Made by a program: the position numbers and the translations under genes. Below are positions 32,407-42,714 of a stretch of DNA of 64,000 nt, in pieces (the first letter of the stretch is position 1; the number at the start of each line of letters is the position of its first letter). The DNA is from Acholeplasmataceae bacterium (GTDB lineage: Bacteria; Bacillota_I; Bacilli_A; Acholeplasmatales; Acholeplasmataceae), in NCBI GenBank assembly GCA_963675245.1, contig OY775910.1, positions 96,001 through 160,000 of the forward strand, read 5' to 3'. A model generated the notes under the pieces. It had not been told where the DNA came from. It saw only the letters and a program-made list of their open reading frames with translations, and made no database searches.

Positions 32407-33279
32407 TTATGCGGGTAGATTTATATACTTGTCGTAATCTCTTTTTACCTTTCTAAAACTAACATCAATATAGTTCCTAGTCATCTCGATTGACTCATGA
32501 CCAAGTAATACTTGAATACTTGCTAAGCTTGCACCATTTTCATGAAGTTTAGTTGCGAATGTTCTTCTAAACATATGCACATGTAGCTTATCAAATCCAA
32601 GCTTTTCATTCATTCTTCTGAGAAATAGCTTGATATCGTTGTAATTCATTGGTCTATCCTTCAACTGATTATAGAAGAGATATTCCGATTTTTCTTTATT
32701 GATTTCAATTAATTTTTGAACTTTAGTTGCTGAAAGCTTTGTAAATAAGACAAATCGTTCCTTTTTGTTCTTTGTGACTTCCAACAGAATATTTCTTACA
32801 TCCATATCAACGTTCTTGATCTTAATGTTCAATAACTCGTTGATTCTGCATCCAGTATCTAGAAGCATATAAATGACAGTCTTATATGTAAACGAGTTTG
32901 TAGAAAAATTCATTTTGCTGATATACGTACCAATTTCCATCAATTCTGTTTCTGTTAAAATCGGATAATGTCTTTTAACTACTCTAAGTTTCTGCATGTC
33001 TTCCAAATATTGATTGCGAATCCTAAAATGTCTCATAATGCGTTTAAATAGTCCTATATTGTGGTTTATAGAGATATTCTTACAACTTGTTTCATCCTTA
33101 TAATAAATGACCATTTCATCTAGTTTATCTTCTGTTAACTGATTTGTATCAGTTACTTCAAGATATTTAAAACATCGTTCGAGACTTGCGACACACCTAA
33201 TTTCATACAAATGCGTTGCTGGAATCTTGTAAACATTTGAATACTTCATATAATCCTTAAACATTTTTTCTAGTTTCAT
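32407..33279 (-). CDS. Tyrosine recombinase / integrase
   Basis: DTGCRINE, TKNKKER, HMFRRTFAT, LLGH, TRNY catalytic residues. Confidence 0.95.
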   Translation of the reverse strand: MKLEKMFKDYMKYSNVYKIPATHLYEIRCVASLERCFKYLEVTDTNQLTEDKLDEMVIYYKDETSCKNISINHNIGLFKRIMRHFRIRNQYLEDMQKLRVVKRHYPILTETELMEIGTYISKMNFSTNSFTYKTVIYMLLDTGCRINELLNIKIKNVDMDVRNILLEVTKNKKERFVLFTKLSATKVQKLIEINKEKSEYLFYNQLKDRPMNYNDIKLFLRRMNEKLGFDKLHVHMFRRTFATKLHENGASLASIQVLLGHESIEMTRNYIDVSFRKVKRDYDKYINLPA

Positions 33280-33300
33280 CTTAATGCCCTCCCTGTATAG

Positions 33301-33516
33301 TTATAAATTGATAACGAATGATCTAACCAAAATGAATAAGATGATCATCATTAAAAGCACTATGAATCCAAGCGGTGTTAGAGACTCTCTAACGCCTTCT
33401 TTTGCATTTCTGATAGCACCAGTTAACCTCGGTACCATCCCAAACAAGAAAATCAATAAACCAACATTTAGAATTGTTTCCCAATTTTCAACGATAAAGC
33501 CAAAGAAGTCAAACAT
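33301..33516 (-). CDS. Small two-TM protein (candidate virion protein)
   Basis: 71 aa, two hydrophobic helices; coupled to the 748-aa gene. Confidence 0.6.
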   Translation of the reverse strand: MFDFFGFIVENWETILNVGLLIFLFGMVPRLTGAIRNAKEGVRESLTPLGFIVLLMMIILFILVRSFVINL

Positions 33517-35762
33517 TATAATAATAGAATAACTACAACTACTATCACAACAACGAATATCAATGCTAATAATTTCTTTGGATCAGAAATTACTCTAAAT
33601 GTGCTGTTCAATAACTTATCAAAGTTAGGTAATAATCTAATAACTATGACAGCTATAATAACGATTGCGAAAATCATGATGTATGTATTCATAGGACTTC
33701 CTTCTGGTGCTCCCAAATCATCTGATGCATCAAACTGATCTAGAATGTATTCTTCATCAATTGTAATTCGTTGGCCAGAGATTTCATAAACAATATTTGT
33801 GATGTTTGCTGAATTTTCAAATATCTCAACTTCATTATGTGCATCAAATTGGCCAATATGAAGTTTATAAAGTGAATTATTAGTAGTATCAATTTCAATG
33901 GTTTCACCAGCCATTCTGCTATAACTTGCCTCAACTTCATTTGCTAAAGTTGTGCTTGGTATAATTGACTCAATTTCATCAATTTCCTTTTGATTTAAAT
34001 CAAATTCAATAGATGCAGCATTAGCAGCTAATATATAACTACCGACAATTAATGCTGGCCATCTAACACCAGGTATCATCGCACCTATCGTCATTGCGAT
34101 TGGTGTAACAACATACAAGTCTTTTTTCCACTGAGGAGTAGTTAAAGTCGTTTCACCATAATCAAGCGAAATAGCAACCATTTGTGTATCCATGGGATAT
34201 GTGTTCCAAAAGTCTGGAATCCCAATTCTGTAGTATCTGTAATCAAATGTCATATCTACATGAATCAGCTTATCTGAGATAACATCTGGCATATAGAAGT
34301 ACGCATAGATATTTTGAGCATCTTCTAGTTTGAAATAGGTTAATACACTTACTTTCTCAGTTGAAATAATCTCATCTGTGGTTAGATTCCAGTGTACATA
34401 TGGTGCCCAGGCTTTTGTTGCTATAACACCTTCATCCGTTTGTATATAGTCAGGTGTTTCTGCATCATATATGAGTTGTAAAATGCGATTCCCATCATCT
34501 GTAAAATAGATTGCTTTTTTTATACCAATCAAAAAGTCTGTATTGAAGTTTTGATATAGTAGTTCATAACTTTGTCCTTGATAATCAATTGTAATAAGTG
34601 CATCCGTACCATCAACATCGATGTAGGCTAATCCAATTTCTGAAATGTCATTGTATCCAGAACTCGAACCAATGGTTGTAGGTAGATCAGATGGTGTAGT
34701 TGCTACTGTTGCAGAACCACTTTGTTGAAAGTAGATCCTAACATCAGTTACATCTTTATCATCATTAAAATTTAATGAATAGGTTGAACTAAATACTACA
34801 TCATCAAGTATTAAATGACCATTCTCAAACTTTGTTGTTTCAATTTCCCATTGATGAAGGACTGAACTGTAATTTGAGAAAAGTGTCATACCATGATCAA
34901 CAAGTCCGTTATAAATGAGTTCTTCTGTATCATCACGATACCTAACTTCAATAACGAGTTTATTCCAGTCATCACCTGGTTTATAAATTCCCCAAGCAGT
35001 TGGCCACCTGTAATCAAGAAATGAAAATGCACCGTTCAACCATAATTGATTAAAGTGATTTTCATCAACCATCTCTGAAGTATTTATTTCTGAATCATCG
35101 ACATTGTTGTAATAAGTCGGTGCAAAATGTACATAAGCTTTATCACCATCAACAACATGCCACCATGAATCATCAACTGAGATGGGTTCACTTTTTAGTG
35201 AATACGTGTATTCAGTTAAATCGAAGAGAGGAAACAAGCTGATGGCATTGATATCTTTATCGTTTACATAGTCTAAGATCATCGCTTGTTCTGAGGAGGT
35301 AATGGAGGGGTTTAAAACAATCGATATTTCCATGTAATAATTTTGATAAGAAGTCAAGTCAACATACTCGCTTCCATCATCTTCAGTTAATAATAGGTCA
35401 TCATAGTGAATATTACTTTCAACAAAATTAAAAATATTTTCTGGTGTTTCCGAATGAAGTGAAGAATATATTTTTAGAGAGGTTGTTTCTGATTCATAAG
35501 AAAGCTGTGCATACTGATCAAGAATCATAGTGATTGCCCCATATTCATCTGCTTCTTCGATGTCTGTCCAAAGTTCTACACCAAAAGATGAAAAGTTGAT
35601 AGGCAAACGATTAGAAACTAATACATCCACTCCATTTCTAGTTGTCATCTCATAATCCACGTTATATTCGAAAAACGATGGACGATCATATGCATAAGCT
35701 GCATTGAGTCCAATAACAAATGTAAATATGAGTAACAGCATTGTTATCGTAATTTTTTTCAT
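33516..35762 (-). CDS. Large exported membrane-anchored protein (candidate spike/envelope protein)
   Basis: Signal peptide (AYA), internal hydrophobic hairpin, two C-terminal TMs; inside the phage core operon. Confidence 0.6.
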   Translation of the reverse strand: MKKITITMLLLIFTFVIGLNAAYAYDRPSFFEYNVDYEMTTRNGVDVLVSNRLPINFSSFGVELWTDIEEADEYGAITMILDQYAQLSYESETTSLKIYSSLHSETPENIFNFVESNIHYDDLLLTEDDGSEYVDLTSYQNYYMEISIVLNPSITSSEQAMILDYVNDKDINAISLFPLFDLTEYTYSLKSEPISVDDSWWHVVDGDKAYVHFAPTYYNNVDDSEINTSEMVDENHFNQLWLNGAFSFLDYRWPTAWGIYKPGDDWNKLVIEVRYRDDTEELIYNGLVDHGMTLFSNYSSVLHQWEIETTKFENGHLILDDVVFSSTYSLNFNDDKDVTDVRIYFQQSGSATVATTPSDLPTTIGSSSGYNDISEIGLAYIDVDGTDALITIDYQGQSYELLYQNFNTDFLIGIKKAIYFTDDGNRILQLIYDAETPDYIQTDEGVIATKAWAPYVHWNLTTDEIISTEKVSVLTYFKLEDAQNIYAYFYMPDVISDKLIHVDMTFDYRYYRIGIPDFWNTYPMDTQMVAISLDYGETTLTTPQWKKDLYVVTPIAMTIGAMIPGVRWPALIVGSYILAANAASIEFDLNQKEIDEIESIIPSTTLANEVEASYSRMAGETIEIDTTNNSLYKLHIGQFDAHNEVEIFENSANITNIVYEISGQRITIDEEYILDQFDASDDLGAPEGSPMNTYIMIFAIVIIAVIVIRLLPNFDKLLNSTFRVISDPKKLLALIFVVVIVVVVILLL

Positions 35763-35763
35763 C

Positions 35764-36459
35764 TTAGTGTTTACCTCTTTTTTTTCGTATCTTTGAAATA
35801 ATAAATATTACAACAATCAAACAAACCAGGAAGACAATAACGATGTTATCTGTTACTACTTCCCAAAACGAACTTGTTACAGGACCTTCAATTTCCATGT
35901 CTGGAACGATTTGATTTTCTGGAGAAACTTTGATGTAGGTTGAATATGTCTCTTCTGATCCATTAGTAGATAAAATCCTAAATTCAAATAGATAAATACC
36001 TGGTGTATTTGGATTATCATCATATTGATTTGTAATGACTACAACACTTGATTGAGAGTCGATTAAAAGTTGTTTAGCATTAATAAATGTATTGATAATC
36101 TCGTTGTTTGTGAGGGTTGTATCTTTGTATACATAGATCACATCATCATCCGTAACAGCTATGACGTCTCCAAGGGTTTGCATGACCCGAATAGATACTT
36201 CTTTTGTGTATGTAGCTACACCGATAGTAATTGTGTATAAACCAGGTATGTCACCATATCCAACATAGTTTTCTGATATGACCTCAGGATCCCCAAACTC
36301 TGATGTATATAGTGTGAGGATATTACTGAGGGTTAGAATCTTATCATATTGTTTTTGAATAACTGATGGACCTTCTATGGGTTCTTCAGCTGCAAAAGCA
36401 TGTACAGTGGTGAAGAGGAAAGCCATAGCTATTAAAATTGTAAGTATGACTTTTTTCAT
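35764..36459 (-). CDS. Exported Ig-like protein with C-terminal anchor (candidate virion protein)
   Basis: Signal peptide (AFA), PGLYTITI / PGIYLFEF repeats, TM followed by KIRKKRGKH. Confidence 0.6.
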   Translation of the reverse strand: MKKVILTILIAMAFLFTTVHAFAAEEPIEGPSVIQKQYDKILTLSNILTLYTSEFGDPEVISENYVGYGDIPGLYTITIGVATYTKEVSIRVMQTLGDVIAVTDDDVIYVYKDTTLTNNEIINTFINAKQLLIDSQSSVVVITNQYDDNPNTPGIYLFEFRILSTNGSEETYSTYIKVSPENQIVPDMEIEGPVTSSFWEVVTDNIVIVFLVCLIVVIFIISKIRKKRGKH

Positions 36460-36470
36460 AGAATCACCCC

Positions 36471-37979
36471 TTAACGTTTTTTACTTGCAAGTAGTGCTAC
36501 CGCAATAACTAAGATAAGGATACCAATCCAGTAATCCTGAATAAATTGAAAAAATTCACTTAATTCTGCATCGGATATATCATCTGGTGTGTCATCAGGA
36601 GTGTCATCGGGTGTATCGTCTGGTGTATCATCAATACCATCTGGTAAATCATTATTGTCAAGCGCTTCACCTGTGGTGGAATCAACAGTTTTGCCATATA
36701 AGACAATATCACCATTTATCACATAAGGTGTTGATCCTTCAAATAAAACGGTATACGTTGAATCTAAATACCAATCTTCTACTTCATAACCATTTTCATG
36801 AGATACACTTGGAATACTCACAGATGATCCAGGTCTATAATATTCAACTTCAGTTTGACCAAAATAATTTAGTGTGAAGGTTACATGTTCATTATCAAAA
36901 ACATCATAATTTGTTAAATATAAGAGAATTTGTTCTGAATCCGAAAATTGAAGTCCAAGTCCAGAACCACTAATCGATACAGTAGAACTTCCTGGAAATC
37001 TAAAGATTTCTACCACTAATGTTGAAGGTAAATCGGGAATATTAACAACTTGTTTAACTTCTCCCCCAATTGTTAGTACTAGAAAATCAAAGTATGTTTT
37101 TCCTGAAGATATAGTGATTTGAGATGGTTCTGCACTGTTTTGTGAGATAATTTGAGGATCAATAAAGTAATAACTATCAGTGTTGGTAATGTATGAACTA
37201 TCTTCAAGTTCGGATAATACAAAATCATGAGTTGCAGCACCTAAAGAAGTGCTGATAGATAATTCATCCGGTAAAACAAATATCCATTTTGCATATAAAT
37301 CTAGATCAGTTTCCAAAATTACATTGAATTCGAATTCATTCTCATATGTGGTTGAAGTATACCAACCACCAAAGGTATAACCTTCTTTTGTGGGTGTTGT
37401 TACAGGACTTGTTACTAATTTATTAGTGGTTGACTCTTGAAAAAGTAACGTTTCATCATCATAGTAATTAATGTTTGATTCGACAATATCACCACTGATT
37501 TCATAAACTTGTAATTGGACAGTGTAATTGATAAATTCACCAAAACCTGTATTTTCTGGAAAACGAATTTTAAGATAGATACCACTACTACCACCGGCAG
37601 TAACATATCGTGTAAATGTTTGATTGTTTATTAAAAATGGTGAGGTGTATGATTGTTCAGAAAGACCCATCACAAAAACTGGAAATTCAGAAGCTCCAGT
37701 TAGTGTCCCTGAAGTATGTGTCAATACAATTTTGTATAAATTATCAGTGATAAAACTAGAATTATATTGATTTATATAAATTTGTGAATATTCAATGGTT
37801 TCAGTATATGAGCCATTTAGTGTAATATATTCACCATCAAAACTATAAGATACTGATTCATCAATGGTATCAGATTCAGCATTTAATGTTATTAGTGTCT
37901 CAGTTTCAGCAGCAAAAGTTGTGGTTGTAGAAATCGTGACAGCTATTAAGAGTAAAAATGTGATTAGGAATTTTTTCAT
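36471..37979 (-). CDS. Candidate adsorption protein: signal peptide, two B-repeat domains, PDDT linker, C-terminal TM
   Basis: PTKEGYTFGGWY...DLYAKW; PDGIDDTPDDTPDDTPDDTPDD; TM followed by KKR. Confidence 0.65.
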   Translation of the reverse strand: MKKFLITFLLLIAVTISTTTTFAAETETLITLNAESDTIDESVSYSFDGEYITLNGSYTETIEYSQIYINQYNSSFITDNLYKIVLTHTSGTLTGASEFPVFVMGLSEQSYTSPFLINNQTFTRYVTAGGSSGIYLKIRFPENTGFGEFINYTVQLQVYEISGDIVESNINYYDDETLLFQESTTNKLVTSPVTTPTKEGYTFGGWYTSTTYENEFEFNVILETDLDLYAKWIFVLPDELSISTSLGAATHDFVLSELEDSSYITNTDSYYFIDPQIISQNSAEPSQITISSGKTYFDFLVLTIGGEVKQVVNIPDLPSTLVVEIFRFPGSSTVSISGSGLGLQFSDSEQILLYLTNYDVFDNEHVTFTLNYFGQTEVEYYRPGSSVSIPSVSHENGYEVEDWYLDSTYTVLFEGSTPYVINGDIVLYGKTVDSTTGEALDNNDLPDGIDDTPDDTPDDTPDDTPDDISDAELSEFFQFIQDYWIGILILVIAVALLASKKR

Positions 37980-37994
37980 AAGATGCTCCTTTTT

Positions 37995-38506
37995 GTTTTG
38001 TAGTTCCCCTACGGGTCGGGCTATACGGCTTACTTAATCGCAGATTAAGAACGCTCTTCTATCCCTAACTTAAGTGTTTAAACGTTGCAAGCAACCATTA
38101 AACACTAAATTGGTAGTCTAATTCAATGAATATTACATATTCATAGAATTAAATGACTGGGAAAATTAATTATATCGATAAAAATTTATATCAATAAACT
38201 TCTAATATTTTGTTTTTTGATTAAAAAATACAGAAAACTGCATTCGGTTAACCATTGCAAGCAATCGATAACCTGTATCTTGATGACTTAATTAAGAGAA
38301 TATAAATATTCTCCTAATTAATAAAGAAATTTTTTTATCAAAGTTATATACCTTTCAGGACTTATTCCATGGTACATTGACATTTGGTTCCGATTTATCG
38401 ATTTTTGAAAGGCTACCGGCAAAAGGTATGTGATCCTTTTGCCTTTCTTTTGGGAATAATCGATATCACCAAATGTCAATGTCTTTCACGGCATAATATA
38501 TAACTT
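37995..38506. other. Highly structured non-coding region (candidate single-strand origin / packaging signal)
   Basis: At least six hairpins, including ACATTGACATTTGGT/ACCAAATGTCAATGT, AGTGTTTAA/TTAAACACT and two TTGCAAGCAA-capped stems. Confidence 0.6.
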
Positions 38507-38764
38507 TTAGTGTCGGTTTCTAAGATAGCGTCTAGCAAATAATAGAAACGTGAATACAGCTACGACGAGTAAATAGAAAGCTGCATTATCAACGAATGTC
38601 GTGTTAAGCTGTGTAAACCAATCGACAAATTTAAACCAGACAGTTTCATTTGCGATAGCATCTGCACTCACTGTTATCATCGGCACAAATACGATACCTA
38701 AGACCATAACTACCACTAAAGCGATAACGACATTAATAAGTTGATTTCTTGTTTTTTTTGACAT
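38507..38764 (-). CDS. Small two-TM protein, candidate major coat precursor
   Basis: 85 aa: basic N-terminus, hydrophobic leader, acidic/amphipathic stretch, TM, basic C-terminus RRYLRNRH; strong AAGGAG SD. Confidence 0.55.
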   Translation of the reverse strand: MSKKTRNQLINVVIALVVVMVLGIVFVPMITVSADAIANETVWFKFVDWFTQLNTTFVDNAAFYLLVVAVFTFLLFARRYLRNRH

Positions 38765-38777
38765 GTTGTAATTCTCC

Positions 38778-39299
38778 TTAAGTTAAATTGTTAGAAATGT
38801 AGTAAACCTTTAATATGCCAATTTTGGCATCTTTTGTAATTTCATATAAACCATCTAGTTCATATAAATATCCTTCTTGAATTGCATCATATAAGAATTC
38901 GACATTTATGTTCATGAACCATGATTTAGGCACTTCTGTGAGAATGAAATTTAGTACTTCATCTTCACAATCAAAGTATTTTTGATTGAATACAGTCAAG
39001 TCTGAAACATCAAATTGTTGATACATTTTATCAATGAGGATTGTTTCAAGTTTGATTTCTTCAATCATTTTTTGTTTGGCAAGCATCGTGTATTGGAAAT
39101 ATATAATTGCAATGACGCCAAATAAGATTAACGTTGCTAGTCTAATTAACGCGATTGCATCAATTTGAGAAACACGATTGAGCAAATCTACTAGATCGAC
39201 TAATAATGTTATTTCATACAACACTAAGATTGCTATTAAGATATATTCATATCTTGATGATTTTACATATTTTGCTGTTTTATTCATTTTCTTCTCCAA
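38778..39299 (-). CDS. Two-TM hypothetical phage protein
   Basis: Overlaps the Rep stop; two N-terminal TMs. Confidence 0.6.
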   Translation of the reverse strand: MEKKMNKTAKYVKSSRYEYILIAILVLYEITLLVDLVDLLNRVSQIDAIALIRLATLILFGVIAIIYFQYTMLAKQKMIEEIKLETILIDKMYQQFDVSDLTVFNQKYFDCEDEVLNFILTEVPKSWFMNINVEFLYDAIQEGYLYELDGLYEITKDAKIGILKVYYISNNLT

Positions 39300-40443
39300 G
39301 GTATTCTTTTAAGTTTTTTATTGTATCTGATATGTCTTCTAAATTAATTTTTTTATTTCCATTATTTTCTCTGTAGTTGTTAATCATTGCTACATCTTGG
39401 GGTTTCAGTTCTTCTAAACCAGATAGCACATTTCTCATCATGTAATCCATAAAACTTTCATTACCATCAAATCCCGCATAGAATGCAGCATTCACTTTTT
39501 TTAATGATCGTTTATACCATGACTTTCTTTTTTCGATAGTTGTTTCTACACGATGTTTTACGTTTAAATCAATTTTCTCAACACTTTCCAGAAAAGCTAA
39601 CCAGCGATCGTCGGTTTTCCATCTACTAACTTGATGGTTATTTTTATTTGGCTGTTTCAGATCTAAACAGTTAATCAAGAGTTCTCTAGCATAAGTCATA
39701 AATTGAGCTGAGTTGTTCTCCTGAATTGAAACTGCATATATTTGCGTAACTGCATCAGCTTTTTCATTAACGAATCTCATTTCATATCGGTACCAAATAT
39801 CAGTATCTAGATCTGGTTCATTTCTTGCATTTCGTTCAAGTCTTTTATCATAAATCTGAAGTTGATTTGAACCCGCGCTACCAAGGGTAATCGTAAAACC
39901 TTCTGATATAACTAGATTGCTGCTATATCTTTCAGTGAATTGATAATTAATTTTTCTAAATGGACTCACAAAATGTTTGTTCCTCAAAATAGGTTCAATG
40001 TCGTAAATATCAATTTGTTCTCCATCAAAATCATCAATCGCAATATCAATTCTTTTAAAGCTAGCATCTTGTTCAATGAGAAAGGATAATAATTTAGTCC
40101 AATTGCCATCAAGAAAATTTTCAAATTCTCTACAAGCTTGGCCACTCATGAGTAGATTTATAGAATATCTACCATTTGCATTTTTAGTGTGTTCACCTCC
40201 GAAAAGTATTTTAATGTGTTCGCCTATTACATAGGCATTGGTATATCCTCTGACAGATTGTCCTATAGGTAAATTAAGATAACTGTCATGAAATCCTAGT
40301 AACTGAATAAAGTTGGTAAATAGATTCATATCACCAGATAATTGATACAAATTTTTGCTTGCTATGTGTACATCGACAAAATCCATTGAAACGGATAAAA
40401 AGTCAATCAGAACGCGTTTTTTAAGTTTCCGTTTTTCTATCAT
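39280..40443 (-). CDS. Rolling-circle replication initiator, Rep_trans (PF02486)/MOBT family
   Basis: IDFLSVS, LMSGQACREFE, KRIDIAIDD, TITLGS..QIYDKRLER, WYRYEMRF. Confidence 0.9.
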   Translation of the reverse strand: MIEKRKLKKRVLIDFLSVSMDFVDVHIASKNLYQLSGDMNLFTNFIQLLGFHDSYLNLPIGQSVRGYTNAYVIGEHIKILFGGEHTKNANGRYSINLLMSGQACREFENFLDGNWTKLLSFLIEQDASFKRIDIAIDDFDGEQIDIYDIEPILRNKHFVSPFRKINYQFTERYSSNLVISEGFTITLGSAGSNQLQIYDKRLERNARNEPDLDTDIWYRYEMRFVNEKADAVTQIYAVSIQENNSAQFMTYARELLINCLDLKQPNKNNHQVSRWKTDDRWLAFLESVEKIDLNVKHRVETTIEKRKSWYKRSLKKVNAAFYAGFDGNESFMDYMMRNVLSGLEELKPQDVAMINNYRENNGNKKINLEDISDTIKNLKEYLGEENE

Positions 40444-40454
40444 TGCACTTAGTC

Positions 40455-40476
40455 AGGGGGTGTTACTACACCCCCT
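40455..40476 (-). other. Putative double-strand origin (nick-site hairpin)
   Basis: Perfect 9-bp stem AGGGGGTGT/ACACCCCCT with 4-nt loop, about 12 bp upstream of the Rep start. Confidence 0.7.
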
Positions 40477-40482
40477 CGCTAA

Positions 40483-40668
40483 TCATCGTTGCTCTTTCTC
40501 AGATATTTCATTGAATTGTTCAACTATTTTTTTCACATAGTTATCATTCAATTTCTGCTGCTTTTTGATGAAAGCATTAAATCGAGCAATGATGAATAAG
40601 TAATCGAGGACTAAGACGATTAAAATTGCAATAAGTATGATTCGTATTTCGTCAGAAGTTAATGTCAT
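40483..40668 (-). CDS. Small single-TM phage protein
   Basis: 61 aa; overlaps the end of the ATPase gene. Confidence 0.55.
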   Translation of the reverse strand: MTLTSDEIRIILIAILIVLVLDYLFIIARFNAFIKKQQKLNDNYVKKIVEQFNEISEKEQR

Positions 40669-41971
40669 CTACACCACCACCCATCATGTCTTCATCTTTG
40701 AAGTAGCCGGGATTAAAATACCAATTGATTTCTGATGACTTTGTCTGTGTAGCTGCAAGCAATTCATTTTGGATAATTCTGTAGAAATGAGTATCATATG
40801 TTCCAAAACAATACATAGTAGGTATGTGAAAGATTAGTTTGTCATAATAGATTGAGTCTCTTTTTTTGACATCCTCTTCTGATGCGTAGTTCCAAATTTC
40901 ATATTTGTTAAATCCAATAGATATAAGGAACCATTTGATGTGCAATAATTTATTAAGGATTTTTCTTTCAACATTTACAGTTTCAAAATAATGTTTCGTG
41001 TAATCTTCATAGGTTGTTTCTTTTGAAATCGTGTTTAATATTTTTTTGAGGAGGTAAGGAATGAAAAGTCTAAATAATTTGTATACACTAAATGAGAATG
41101 CAATAAATAAATTGATTAATTCAAATGTGAAATTGTAATTGCCTACTACTTTTATTGGTTTTGGTAACCATAAATTTGATTGTGTTAAAGATCTAAATTT
41201 CTTGATTTCATCTCTAACATCTTGCTTGGTTGTAATCATCCGGTTTCGTTCCTGGTGTATTTGACCAAACTTTCTACGATAATCTTTATCTCCAGCCTCT
41301 TCTTTTACATCTTCATAACGTTTATTTGCACCTATTTCATCAGACGCTTCATCAATGAGTTCGATCATGTAGTCATATATCGAATAATCTTTCAGAGCGT
41401 ATGCATCATGAATTTTTTGTTGCTCGATTTTATAATTGAAATTAAATGAAAATGTTACATGTGAATAAAAGTTTGTTTTGGAGTGAACATAGTTTTTTCT
41501 GAAGTTTAAAACCCAATATGCAAAGATATAATCTTGAAATTGTTCTTTAGATTTTTTTGATGTAATAAAATTTAATATGAGTGATTGGTTTATTTTTTGG
41601 TTTTTGATTTCTTTTAATGTTTTTTCATAGATGTATTGAAATTCTATAGTTTCATTTTTTTTGAAGTATTCATCAAGAAGTTTATTGATAATTGAAAAAT
41701 CTAATTTGTTATAAATTATCATAATTTCTGAAAGTAATAATTTTAATTTTTCTTCTATTTCAATTTGGTAGATATGACTTAACCCAGATTGAAAGCTTGT
41801 TTTGCCTGTTCTAATCGCTCCATTAATGGAGATTAGAAAACCAAGTAAAGAAGCTTTAATTTTGGATGCTTCATATTTATGATTAAGATATCCCCGATGT
41901 ATTGTAATTGAAACGAGAGGTACTATTATTATTGAGTCAATGATTAGTAAAAGGATAATTATGCTACTCAC
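40652..41971 (-). CDS. Zot/pI-like morphogenesis (extrusion/packaging) ATPase
   Basis: N-terminal TM, Walker A GAIRTGKTS, Walker B ELIDEA, ITTKQD..IKKFR motif; GGAGG SD before GTG. Confidence 0.7.
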   Translation of the reverse strand: MSSIIILLLIIDSIIIVPLVSITIHRGYLNHKYEASKIKASLLGFLISINGAIRTGKTSFQSGLSHIYQIEIEEKLKLLLSEIMIIYNKLDFSIINKLLDEYFKKNETIEFQYIYEKTLKEIKNQKINQSLILNFITSKKSKEQFQDYIFAYWVLNFRKNYVHSKTNFYSHVTFSFNFNYKIEQQKIHDAYALKDYSIYDYMIELIDEASDEIGANKRYEDVKEEAGDKDYRRKFGQIHQERNRMITTKQDVRDEIKKFRSLTQSNLWLPKPIKVVGNYNFTFELINLFIAFSFSVYKLFRLFIPYLLKKILNTISKETTYEDYTKHYFETVNVERKILNKLLHIKWFLISIGFNKYEIWNYASEEDVKKRDSIYYDKLIFHIPTMYCFGTYDTHFYRIIQNELLAATQTKSSEINWYFNPGYFKDEDMMGGGVDDINF

Positions 41972-42026
41972 TTAGTACCTCCGCTTCATTCATTCATACT
42001 ATGGGGGGGACACATGAATGATTTTT

Positions 42027-42554
42027 TTAAAATTCGATATCTTCTGAATCTACTTCCTTAGAAATTGTATCTGGTCTATGTTCCCACTTGATTTTAAGCA
42101 ATTTCTTTTCTTCTAGATTCTCTAATAAACGTTGTTGATCGTAACTTAAGAAGTGTGTAATATATAACCCTTTTTTGAAAATTATTTCTATAGATTTATA
42201 TTCACCTTCCATGTTCGAGTAGGACCCAGTTACAAACCGAACTGGAACATTTCTATTCCATTCAGTAAGATCCCTACCTTTTTTGTCTTCAAGCTCAAGT
42301 CCTACTTCCAAAATAATTAGATTGAATAATTCGTTTGAAATAAAATCTTTCGGACCACCAGCTCTAAGATTTAATTGTCTTAAGAACTTGTTATGGAGGT
42401 TAAGATAGATAGATGCCATCTCTCTGCCATTACGATAAACCTTTGTAAATTTGACCGGATACTTTTCAAGTTTTGATACAATTGGTGCTGTTAAATCACT
42501 GAGTTTTACAAATTCTGGTACTTTTTTGGTTTCTTTTGTCTCTGTTGTTGCCAT
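42027..42554 (-). CDS. Hypothetical phage protein (first gene of the core operon; possibly ssDNA-binding)
   Basis: AAGGAG SD, soluble 175 aa, acidic tail SEDIEF; function inferred from position only. Confidence 0.55.
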   Translation of the reverse strand: MATTETKETKKVPEFVKLSDLTAPIVSKLEKYPVKFTKVYRNGREMASIYLNLHNKFLRQLNLRAGGPKDFISNELFNLIILEVGLELEDKKGRDLTEWNRNVPVRFVTGSYSNMEGEYKSIEIIFKKGLYITHFLSYDQQRLLENLEEKKLLKIKWEHRPDTISKEVDSEDIEF

Positions 42555-42714
42555 TTTTATTTCTCCTTTTTGTTTTTTGTTGTATACTTAATTCGGAAGC
42601 ATCCTTCTCGGCTTTTGAGCCAATAAGAGTTTTGTACTCATAGGATTGCTTCTTTTTTTGACTTGTCACTACTAAAGATATATAATCAAACTGTATTGAT
42701 GAAAGGATGATTTT

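Noticed and set aside
32407..33279. Classical integron (IntI/attC)
   Set aside because: No IntI-specific insertion or attC hairpins recognised; the cassette boundaries are tRNA-derived
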